Below, one piece after another: positions 43,661 to 50,975 of a stretch of DNA of 50,975 nt (position 1 is the stretch's first letter; the number at the start of each line of letters is the position of its first letter). This stretch comes from a virus (lineage: Duplodnaviria > Caudoviricetes): positions 1-50,975 of the IMG/VR virus record IMGVR_UViG_3300021178_000004; one strand, given 5' to 3'. A program made the translations under genes and the position numbers. The notes below the pieces were generated by a model. The model did not search any database and was not told the origin of the DNA. It worked only from the letters and a program-made list of their open reading frames with translations.

Positions 43661-44765
43661 AAGAGTCTCCAGGTTTGAGGCCGAGGGCCTTCCAGGCCCC
43701 GGTGATGGTAGAGTATTCATCCTTAGCCCAGACGATCCGCTGAAGCGGAGAGCACCAAGGGAACTGTGAGCCGACTTCAATCCCTTGGCCTTCGCGCCAG
43801 AACTTGGGCGTGTTGCATTCATAGCGATGGCCATCGGGGAAGGTTTCGATGAAGGTCAGCCAAGGCCGAGTGCCGAAGAGGGCGAGAGTACAGGGGCCGT
43901 TGGCGACGAAGAGGTTGGCGACGGCGGACTCGTACAATGCGCAGCGTTCGAGGAGGTCGATCGAAGCGTGAGGGTCGGTGTCGAAGTCCTCGAAAGTGTC
44001 GAAGGCCCTAGCGGTATCGCGGACGAAGAGGGGATAGAAGCCTTGCTTCTTTAGGTCCTCTCCAAACATTGACCAAGCGCCAAGGTTGGAATTGCGATGA
44101 GGCCACTCATCGCATTCTCGAAGGGTGATGGTGACAAGGTTCTCGGCGAGGATGGTCTTGTGAGGATGGCGAAAGCGAGGGACAGGTTCGCCCTGCTTCG
44201 CAGCGGCTACGATATCCTTCGGGAGGTAGAACTCTTTGAAGACGCCTTCTAAGGCGGCCTTGTCTTCGACAGCACCAATTATCTTCAGCGCCGGCCGCAT
44301 GACTTTGTCGAAGAACTGCCTTCGGCCTTCGGTGTGAAGGCCAGTCTTGCCGTCCTTACCGAACCAGAAATGGACCTTCAGCGGAGCGGGGGCTCCCTCG
44401 CGGACTCGGCGCATCTCGGCGTCAATCAAGGCAACGATAAAGTCGAAGTTCATGCTCCCGCGAGCGCAGTTGTAAGGGAAGTAGTCGGCGGGGAGGGGGT
44501 TGGCGTAGACTGGAGGAGTGACGTTCTCGCCGTACTCCTCCAGCTTCTTGATAAGCGTCTCCATGCCCTTTCGCAAGGGCTCATAGAGGCGTTCTACACC
44601 AGTGAAGCTACCCTTCACACCGTGATTGTCTTTACCGATCTCGGTGTGACGGGCGGTGGCGATAGCGACAGCGCCGACGCTACCTTCCTCAGCCTCGGCC
44701 AAGTAGGCCTTGAGCTTGGCGATAACGTCGGCGTTGCCGGGGGCGTGGGCGAGAGAGATTTCCAT
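43551..44765 (-). CDS. GT-B fold (GT9-like) glycosyltransferase-like protein
   Basis: VTITLRECDEWPHRNSNLGAW..F..L...G and LLERCALYESAVANLFVANGP resemble the GT9 C-terminal nucleotide-sugar-binding lobe. Confidence 0.55.
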   Translation of the reverse strand: MEISLAHAPGNADVIAKLKAYLAEAEEGSVGAVAIATARHTEIGKDNHGVKGSFTGVERLYEPLRKGMETLIKKLEEYGENVTPPVYANPLPADYFPYNCARGSMNFDFIVALIDAEMRRVREGAPAPLKVHFWFGKDGKTGLHTEGRRQFFDKVMRPALKIIGAVEDKAALEGVFKEFYLPKDIVAAAKQGEPVPRFRHPHKTILAENLVTITLRECDEWPHRNSNLGAWSMFGEDLKKQGFYPLFVRDTARAFDTFEDFDTDPHASIDLLERCALYESAVANLFVANGPCTLALFGTRPWLTFIETFPDGHRYECNTPKFWREGQGIEVGSQFPWCSPLQRIVWAKDEYSTITGAWKALGLKPGDSYGTLAPDSPSLPESRGDQVGIHGNGSHLWTPEANAV

Positions 44766-45211
44766 CAGCTTGGTGCTATGCAGATGCCTTGGTAGACGGT
44801 TGAGGCGATATCGACCGACAGCGTCACCGACGCTGCGGTAGTGGTGTAGGTCGGCTGGGTAGCCGTACCGTTGGCGGTGATGACGCAGACAGGCGCAGCG
44901 CCAAAGGCGTTGGAGAAGGTGACGATGCAGGAGGTACCAACTGAGCCGGTAGTTAAGGTAAAGGCAAAGTCGGTCCCGGTGATAGTCGGAGCGGTGCCGC
45001 AGGTGGTTAGGGAAGGCGCAGCGCCGCCCTGAGAGCCGAGATGCTGGCCTTTAAGCAGGAACATGTTGTTCTTGCTATCGAAGCCGATCGCACCTCGAGG
45101 GTCTTGGGAGAGTTGAATCGAGGAGACGATATTCTGGGCGTAGGCAGCCCCAGCAAGCACCAAGGCAGCGCCACAGACGCCACCGAGGAGATGGTCTTTG
45201 AAGCGTTTCAT
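44765..45211 (-). CDS. secreted beta-rich protein in the capsid module
   Basis: Signal MKRFKDHLLGGVCGAALVLAGAAYA|Q; IVTFSNAFGAAPVCVIT (H-lectin/fibre-like); 4 Cys in the mature part. Confidence 0.75.
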   Translation of the reverse strand: MKRFKDHLLGGVCGAALVLAGAAYAQNIVSSIQLSQDPRGAIGFDSKNNMFLLKGQHLGSQGGAAPSLTTCGTAPTITGTDFAFTLTTGSVGTSCIVTFSNAFGAAPVCVITANGTATQPTYTTTAASVTLSVDIASTVYQGICIAPS

Positions 45212-45215
45212 GAGG

Positions 45216-45863
45216 TCACTCCTCGGTCCACTCGATGGACACGTCCAGTAGGTTACCAGCGTAGGTAGAGGCGTTGAGGTTCATCGAGAGGCATTGGGCT
45301 GCGGTGCGGAGCATTACAGCCTTAGCCGGCCGGTTGCCGAAGTTGAACTCGGTAACCGCACCACCGACGGTGGTAGCGGCGACGGAGAGGGCAACCTGGG
45401 CTGTATCGATGACACCGACTGAGGTGCCAACGGTTGGATTGGCGGTCCAGGTGGCGGTCAGAGCCGTTCCGGCTACGTCGTTGGCGTCGTAGGCAAAGCC
45501 GGTGACGAATGATCCTGACCAAGGCGCTGAGGCGTTGATAGTTCCGCCGGTATTAGCGGCGGATCGCTTGATAATCTGCACGTCCATCCCAGCAGCGGCC
45601 GTGGCCCTGCCGGAGATTTTCATGCGGGTTACCTTGGTCAAGGTAGTCGCGGAGCCACAGATTTGTGCGATATCTGTGGCCGCAGCGGCAGCAACAAGGC
45701 CAGTGAAGGCGATCCCGTAGGTGCGCTGGATAGAGGCGTACGGGAGGGTCCAGGAGGTCTGGAAGGGAGAGTTGACTCCTGGAGACTGAGCGGCGACAGG
45801 CCCGCTCAGGAAGGTATTGATCGCCAGCGCAGAGGCGGTGAGGAGGTGGATGGATTTCTTCAT
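45216..45863 (-). CDS. secreted beta-rich protein in the capsid module
   Basis: Signal MKKSIHLLTASALAINTFLSGPVAA|Q; ends VSIEWTEE; 2 Cys. Confidence 0.75.
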   Translation of the reverse strand: MKKSIHLLTASALAINTFLSGPVAAQSPGVNSPFQTSWTLPYASIQRTYGIAFTGLVAAAAATDIAQICGSATTLTKVTRMKISGRATAAAGMDVQIIKRSAANTGGTINASAPWSGSFVTGFAYDANDVAGTALTATWTANPTVGTSVGVIDTAQVALSVAATTVGGAVTEFNFGNRPAKAVMLRTAAQCLSMNLNASTYAGNLLDVSIEWTEE

Positions 45864-45872
45864 CTTGCCACC

Positions 45873-46415
45873 TCAGTTCGCCACGTTGATGCCGGCGGGG
45901 TAACCGCCGAGGGTGGCATTGCTAGTAGACTGATAGGCTTGATCGTGGCGGTCAAGGACGATAGCCGCGAAGACAGAGCCGGCGGTGCCTACGGCGCCAG
46001 CGATGATGTACTGCATTCGCAGGAACCGAGGAATGGCGATGCCAGCTGGCGGGCGAGGCATGTCCATGTCGAGGAGGCGGGCGCCAGTGACCAAGGTGGC
46101 GAGGGCGTAGACTGGCGATGCCCACCAAGTCGAGAAGGCAGCCGGAGCACCAGCGCCGTTGTCGGTTGCGCCCTGAAGGGCGACCGAGAGGGTCAAGGCG
46201 CCACCGGAAGTGAAGGTGGCGGTGACCTGGACCAGAAGCTTCAGGGCAGGATCGTCACCGATTCCCATATCCCGGGCACCCTGAAGGTTCGCGAGAACTG
46301 GGATACCAGCCATATGGAGGTCGATGACGTTCGAGGAGTTGTTCGAGGCGATAGCGGTGGGCAGATCGCCGGGAGGGGTAGAGGAGAAGCAGAGGAAGCC
46401 GTCGAGGATTGCCAT
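45873..46415 (-). CDS. capsid cement/decoration protein (Bbp16-like)
   Basis: ILDGFLCFS..SSNVIDL..RDMGIG..RFLRMQY; directly after MCP. Confidence 0.8.
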   Translation of the reverse strand: MAILDGFLCFSSTPPGDLPTAIASNNSSNVIDLHMAGIPVLANLQGARDMGIGDDPALKLLVQVTATFTSGGALTLSVALQGATDNGAGAPAAFSTWWASPVYALATLVTGARLLDMDMPRPPAGIAIPRFLRMQYIIAGAVGTAGSVFAAIVLDRHDQAYQSTSNATLGGYPAGINVAN

Positions 46416-46417
46416 GG

Positions 46418-47461
46418 CTACACCACCTGAGCTTCATTGTTCAAAATGGCGTCTACCGTGCGTACGGGGATGCCTCTGAACGTGGTTACGGGTTTGCCGT
46501 CAAACTCCTCGATGCGAAGCAACACATTAGTCTTATTCATTGCCTGGAGATCGAGGTAGGTGCGGATCACGCGGTTGGCGTAGATCACCGTCCGGCCCAT
46601 GTTGGCCCGGATTTGCGGGGTATCGGAGGTCTGGATGGTGGTCGCGGACACGGGAGCGGTCGGCAGGCGGTACAGAGCGCGGACCAAGAGGTTGATCAGG
46701 TTCGCGGCCGAGACGCCGGTGAGTTGGGTCACGTCGATGTTGCAGATGCGAGCGACGTAGCGCCAGTCACGGAGGACCAGCCCGATCTCCCATTTGAAGT
46801 GCTCGCGGTAGGCTTGGAAGGTGTTGCCTACGGAGTCCTGGACCGGCCACTCGCCCATGTCTCGTTGCTGGAGGCCAGTGATCTTGCCCTTCGGGAAGGT
46901 GGCATGGAGGGTATCGTCGCCCCAGACCCCGAGCCAGATTGAGGTGTTGGTTGAAGCTGCGCCGCCGCCATCGAGGACGTTATTGGCGGTGTTGGAGTTG
47001 GCGGTGGTTTTGGTGGAGTAGTGAGGGGCGAGCCCGGTGAAGCGTTCCGGGTTCACGAATTGGTTGCCGTAGATGACGGTAGAGGCAACCTGTTGGGACA
47101 TGCCTTCGAGGAAGGCGCGGCTTTCAGATAGCCTGAACTCAGCGGTGTTGCCGTTGAGGTCGGCGATGTCTTTGTCGATGACGGAGTAGGTCTCGAGGTT
47201 CCCGCAGGTATCGACGAGTTGGGCGGTTGTGGACTTGGCGTTCGGAACGCCGGTGTTCAGCAAGCGCCAAGTGGCCTGTGGAAGGCCGGTGCGGACGGTC
47301 GTTTTGTGACCAGTGGGGAGGTTGCCTTCTACGACCAACATATCGTCGAGGATTTCGTTGGTCTGGGAAAGCATCTCGATAATGACCGCGACTTTGTAGC
47401 CATCGTCGAGCCTCTTGGCCCAATCCGCGTAGGTTAGCGCAGATGCTCCAAGGGTAGCCAT
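46418..47461 (-). CDS. major capsid protein (BPP-1 Bbp17-like)
   Basis: TYADWAKR, IIEMLSQTNEILDD, RTGLP, DWRYVARICNID, FRGIPVRTVDAILNNE. Confidence 0.95.
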   Translation of the reverse strand: MATLGASALTYADWAKRLDDGYKVAVIIEMLSQTNEILDDMLVVEGNLPTGHKTTVRTGLPQATWRLLNTGVPNAKSTTAQLVDTCGNLETYSVIDKDIADLNGNTAEFRLSESRAFLEGMSQQVASTVIYGNQFVNPERFTGLAPHYSTKTTANSNTANNVLDGGGAASTNTSIWLGVWGDDTLHATFPKGKITGLQQRDMGEWPVQDSVGNTFQAYREHFKWEIGLVLRDWRYVARICNIDVTQLTGVSAANLINLLVRALYRLPTAPVSATTIQTSDTPQIRANMGRTVIYANRVIRTYLDLQAMNKTNVLLRIEEFDGKPVTTFRGIPVRTVDAILNNEAQVV

Positions 47462-47537
47462 TTATGTAATCCTTGTTTCGGGGCTCCTGGTGGCTTGACC
47501 CATCTGCGCTTTGCGGTTCATCCCCTCTGGGGCTGGG

Positions 47538-48275
47538 CTAGACTGAATCACGAGAAGGAAGGTGTGGATACAACGCCTGCGCCGCTGAGAGCGGCTGAGC
47601 AGTGCGGGTTTGACCGAAGGGCGAGGCTCGGTTCCCTGCTATATGGGAGCGGGACTCAACGAGCAACTGCGATAGCAGGTCGAAGGCCCGGACAAAGGCC
47701 GGGTGATCGCCGACGCCGGTGAGGTCCATCGCTTCGCGGAATTGGTCCGCAAGGATAGGGCCAAGGTGGGTGTTGAGCATCTGCGTGACGTTGGTTTTGA
47801 TCTCGGGCAGCCGATGGCCCATCTCGCGATCGCTGGAGACAGCGTCACGCCAGCCCTTCCGCATGTCTTGGTAGGCGTTGAAGGGGGCCTCGAAGGCGGC
47901 CTTGGTCTCGGCGGTGTATAGGTCGATTAGCTTCTGGGCGCCGTCTTGGGAGAGGTTGAGTTCTTTGAAGAGCCCGCCGGCTCGCTTGGCGACTTCAGGG
48001 TCGAGGGTGAAGCCGTCGGGGACTTTGAACTCTGCATAGGCTTCGGGAGCCTTAGCAGCTTCCTTAGCAGGTTCCTTGTCCTTCTCCCCAACCTCTTTGT
48101 TGAGAAGGGACTTGCCATCGTCCTCAGCCTTCGGCTCGGCCTTAACCTCAGGCTTCGGCTGCTCCTGGCTCTGAGTAGGGGTCGAATCCGACCTCGTCCT
48201 CACCGGCTCCGCTATCTCGCCCGTCGCCGTCCGCGTCACCCCTGCTGTGTCCACCGTCACTGTTTCGTCGGCCAT
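47538..48275 (-). CDS. capsid scaffolding protein
   Basis: Acidic Pro-rich N-terminus, APEAYAEF, LNLSQDGAQKLID, GVGDHPAFVR; upstream of MCP. Confidence 0.85.
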   Translation of the reverse strand: MADETVTVDTAGVTRTATGEIAEPVRTRSDSTPTQSQEQPKPEVKAEPKAEDDGKSLLNKEVGEKDKEPAKEAAKAPEAYAEFKVPDGFTLDPEVAKRAGGLFKELNLSQDGAQKLIDLYTAETKAAFEAPFNAYQDMRKGWRDAVSSDREMGHRLPEIKTNVTQMLNTHLGPILADQFREAMDLTGVGDHPAFVRAFDLLSQLLVESRSHIAGNRASPFGQTRTAQPLSAAQALYPHLPSRDSV

Positions 48276-48567
48276 CTTCGGCGTTCCTTTCTTGGAGCAT
48301 CAGGGTGAATTGGTGGGGGCAGAAGGCGAGGAGGTCGGCGAGGAGTTGGAGGCCGATATTGCGCTCGCCTTCAGAGAAAGCCATTCGCAAAGGCTCAGTG
48401 CTAAACGAGGAATGGAATATGTGGGAAGTAGAGAGTCGGTCATAGACATAAGCTCGGCCCATAGGCTGGGACATAATGCCTTTGACGATGTCGGCCCGAA
48501 CAAGTTCGGATTGTCGAGCCTCTTTCTCGGCCGCTCTGACTTGTTTGCGATCGGAGGCATCGTACAA
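48148..48567 (-). CDS. Bbp19-like protein
   Basis: IMSQPMGRAYV...MAFSEGERNIGLQL; between portal and scaffold. Confidence 0.8.
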   Translation of the reverse strand: MYDASDRKQVRAAEKEARQSELVRADIVKGIMSQPMGRAYVYDRLSTSHIFHSSFSTEPLRMAFSEGERNIGLQLLADLLAFCPHQFTLMLQERNAEDGRRNSDGGHSRGDADGDGRDSGAGEDEVGFDPYSEPGAAEA

Positions 48568-48568
48568 G

Positions 48569-50320
48569 CTACGCTCCCTGCGTCATCGCCTGAAGGGCAT
48601 TGCGGCCACCGCCCACGTCGGTTTGACTAAGGGTCTGTGCGCCCTGCGCCAGCTTCTCCGCACGCTCGGCGTCGGCCTCGGCTTGCTGCTGCTGTTGGCG
48701 TTGCTGGCGAATGAGGGCAAGCTGCTGCGGAGACCGGATCATTCGAGGATCATTGTTCATCAACGAGGAATACTTATCAAGTGTGAAGTCGATGTCGATG
48801 TTGTCCATAACCGCCGGGTCAACGCCAGCGAGGCCACCAGCGATCTGGAGAAGGCGTTCGATGCCAGAGGTAGCCGCAGCAGCCTGAGCGGTCGAGAGCA
48901 TCGAGATGAACTCGATTTGGATATCGTGGCCGGCGATCTCCGGAGGTGGAGGAGGAAGGATGCCGGCTCGGGCCATGATGGGGAAGACTCGCTCAATAAC
49001 CATCTTCAGGCCCTCGTTCTCGACCCGCTCGAGGACCGGACCGAGGAGGACCATGGATTCGGCCTTGCGCATGTCCCATTCGACAGCGGTGACGTTGGAG
49101 CGGGTCTCGAATTGGGAGGCGGTCATGAAGAGGTCGTTGAAGAAGACCTGTTTGATCCGGGCTCTGATTTCCATTAGGTCTTGGGAGATGGCGTTGATGT
49201 CAGGTCGCCAGTTGCCATAGGCAGGGGCGAAGCCGGAGTTGCCAGCGGCCATCATGCCGGAGACATAGGTCACGCCGCCAGGGAGGAGCGAGGCGGGTTG
49301 GTTCTTCAGCTGGATATCCGCGACCATTGGAGGGTTGACTGTTTTGTCAATGGCCTGGGCCTTTCGTCGGACCTCCAGCTGGAGTTGCTTAACGTCAGGT
49401 AGAGCATCCATACCAGGGCTACGACCGTAAGCGTCGTTAGACACCAAATCCCAACGTACCGCAATGGCGCATTGCTCGGCATAGCCTCGTTTACGGAGGA
49501 ATCCGGTTGGAGCGGTGGAGCCGCCTTGAGGGGAAGCGGTGCCACCCCACTCCCAATAGACCTCGCGGAACTTGAAGTGCTTGGGGACGCCGAAGTAGTC
49601 GGGGCCGTTGTTTGGTTCAATGCCATGAGCGATGACGATCTCTCGGGACCAGCCTGAGCCTTCGGCGGACTGTGACTTACCCTTTTCATACAATGCTCGG
49701 ACGGTCTGCGAGACGTTGTCGAGACCGAACTCGTCCACGATGGCCTTGACGGTCATGGTGAACTCGCGATAGAAGATTGTTGGGCGGTAGGCTGCATCGA
49801 TGTCGAGGTAGTATTCACCGTAGCAGGGGTTGACGCAGCGGATAACGTTGTCGAAGTCCTCATAGATGATCAATATCGCAGTGCCAAAGATGACGAGGTC
49901 GAAGTAGAGGACGGCCATGGAGTCGTAGAAGTTGGACTCCTGGAAGACGAGCATCATCAGACGTTCGCATTCGGCGAGCCAGAGGCTAATTGGATTGGTC
50001 TGAGTGGAATCGATGCGCCCAATCTTTAACCGAAACCACGGCCGTGTAGGGGAAGAGATACCACTCATCATCCCAGAAGCCAGATTGCGTGCTGCGAGTG
50101 TACCCGTAGAGTCCAAGATATGCTGATTTATCGGCGAGCCTCGCGACATTTGATTGGGGGTAATCAGCCATTTGTATCTCCGAGGTAGGAGGTAGTCAGC
50201 GAGCTCTCGGCCGTGGACCCACCACGAATACCTATTCAGTCGCAGGCCCATCAGCCGCGATTGCGAGAACCGCAGCAGGTCCTTAGTTTGTTCGGAGGCG
50301 TAGGCGACTAGGGCGGTCAC
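48569..50320 (-). CDS. portal (head-to-tail connector)
   Basis: ILDSTG..LASGMMSGISSPTRPWF, YGRSPGMDALPDVKQLQ, TAVEW...LGPVLER. Confidence 0.95.
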   Translation of the reverse strand: MTALVAYASEQTKDLLRFSQSRLMGLRLNRYSWWVHGRELADYLLPRRYKWLITPNQMSRGSPINQHILDSTGTLAARNLASGMMSGISSPTRPWFRLKIGRIDSTQTNPISLWLAECERLMMLVFQESNFYDSMAVLYFDLVIFGTAILIIYEDFDNVIRCVNPCYGEYYLDIDAAYRPTIFYREFTMTVKAIVDEFGLDNVSQTVRALYEKGKSQSAEGSGWSREIVIAHGIEPNNGPDYFGVPKHFKFREVYWEWGGTASPQGGSTAPTGFLRKRGYAEQCAIAVRWDLVSNDAYGRSPGMDALPDVKQLQLEVRRKAQAIDKTVNPPMVADIQLKNQPASLLPGGVTYVSGMMAAGNSGFAPAYGNWRPDINAISQDLMEIRARIKQVFFNDLFMTASQFETRSNVTAVEWDMRKAESMVLLGPVLERVENEGLKMVIERVFPIMARAGILPPPPPEIAGHDIQIEFISMLSTAQAAAATSGIERLLQIAGGLAGVDPAVMDNIDIDFTLDKYSSLMNNDPRMIRSPQQLALIRQQRQQQQQAEADAERAEKLAQGAQTLSQTDVGGGRNALQAMTQGA

Positions 50321-50329
50321 TACTTCCTC

Positions 50330-50518
50330 TTAGTCCACTGCCTCTAGAATTGCTACAACCAAAGCTCTGATGTCTAGATGACCATCAATTACCATATCAG
50401 ATTCTCTAAAGAATAACCCTGTATCGGATTCGTGCTCAGCTTCTAGCCACTTGATTGCAGCTTCCACGCCAGCTTCCACCTTCTTATCAAGAAGCCTCGT
50501 TAGCATTGCATCTGTCAT
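50330..50518 (-). CDS. hypothetical protein
   Basis: Between small late genes and the portal. Confidence 0.6.
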   Translation of the reverse strand: MTDAMLTRLLDKKVEAGVEAAIKWLEAEHESDTGLFFRESDMVIDGHLDIRALVVAILEAVD

Positions 50519-50519
50519 G

Positions 50520-50726
50520 CTACTTACCCTTCAGTGGGTTCAGTTCCTTGCGCTTCAAGGCCCTAGCCGGAAGCCTCGGGCGACTCGGCCCTTCGGGCAT
50601 CGAGCGAGCGGGGTCTTGGGATTGGATCGCAGCGGCCATCAGGAGATTGCCGGTGCCAGGACCTTGGGAGATCGGCGACTGGCCATAGGCCCCGAAGTTG
50701 GCTCCGGTCATAGGGACTTGGGGCAT
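50520..50726 (-). CDS. hypothetical protein
   Basis: TAATG coupling; SD AAGGA. Confidence 0.6.
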   Translation of the reverse strand: MPQVPMTGANFGAYGQSPISQGPGTGNLLMAAAIQSQDPARSMPEGPSRPRLPARALKRKELNPLKGK

Positions 50727-50884
50727 TAAGAAATATCCTTCTTAAATAATGCAATCTCTTCTTCAAGAAATCCAGGATGGGCATCGGCCAGGACTTTATC
50801 TACTAGTAGACGATGCCCATCAACATATACTTCGTAAGCTTGGTGCTCAATTCCTCGAGTATCTTTAGCCGTTATTGTGTTCAT
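50726..50884 (-). CDS. small hypothetical protein (52 aa)
   Basis: Manual translation MNTITAKDTRGIEHQAYEVYVDGHRLLVDKVLADAHPGFLEEEIALFKKDIS; ATGA-coupled to the 33-293 gene across the repeat. Confidence 0.6.
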   Translation of the reverse strand: MNTITAKDTRGIEHQAYEVYVDGHRLLVDKVLADAHPGFLEEEIALFKKDIS

Positions 50885-50975
50885 GTTGTCCTCGGTGGTG
50901 GATCGCCCATTAGCTGGGCGGTTAGGCCGCGTTGGGCGAGGGCGGCCTGACGGCGCTGGCGATCAGCTAGGGCGG
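50849..50975. repeat. 127-bp direct terminal repeat, copy 2
   Basis: Identical to 1-127. Confidence 0.9.

Noticed and set aside
39664-47461. BPP-1-type diversity-generating retroelement
   Set aside because: The structural module is BPP-1-like, but no reverse transcriptase ORF and no TR/VR repeat pair differing at adenines was seen
43551-48275. Long 3' gene overlaps (43551-43660, 48148-48275, also 13821-13948) as evidence of recoding
   Set aside because: All large ORFs are intact in code 11 and all three stop codons are used; overlapping tails look like low-complexity run-ons
1-50975. Prophage, integrase or tRNA genes
   Set aside because: No tyrosine or serine recombinase motifs, host flanks or tRNA cloverleaf noticed by eye; tRNAscan and HMM searches would be needed to exclude them fully

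Overview
The window is a complete, circularly assembled ~50,848-bp podovirus-type dsDNA phage genome; positions 1-127 repeat exactly at 50849-50975, which looks like an assembly overlap. The host is probably a Hyphomicrobiales (Rhizobiales) alphaproteobacterium, judged from a Rhizobiales-style 'ADLP..KAP' outer-membrane protein. The + strand arm (~4.07-22.9 kb) holds many small early genes, three sigma70-like promoters and several highly structured non-coding elements. It also holds a replication module: SF1 helicase, PD-(D/E)XK nuclease, AAA_24 ATPase, SSB, a family-A DNA polymerase split into a UDG+ExoI/II gene and an ExoIII+Pol gene, and a DUF3987-like P-loop helicase. No primase is recognisable, and an Acb2/Tad1-like anti-defence candidate sits in this module. 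The - strand arm (3.7 kb to 1, then 50.9 kb to 22.9 kb) is a BPP-1-like late module: terminases, portal, scaffold, major capsid, cement, tail tubular A/B, ejection proteins, GH24 endolysin and holin. No integrase, RNA polymerase, reverse transcriptase, tRNA or CRISPR array was seen. Standout observations: (1) several virion-module proteins, including the tail spike, carry Sec signal peptides with Gln at +1, and the soluble ones have even numbers of cysteines; they sit beside a GT-B glycosyltransferase-like gene, suggesting periplasmic maturation of virion parts; (2) a ~350-nt nested inverted-repeat element at 4517-4863; (3) an independently promoted beta-barrel OMP gene beside the lysis genes; (4) a polymerase whose proofreading active site is split between two genes. 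All family assignments come from motif recognition by eye, not database searches.
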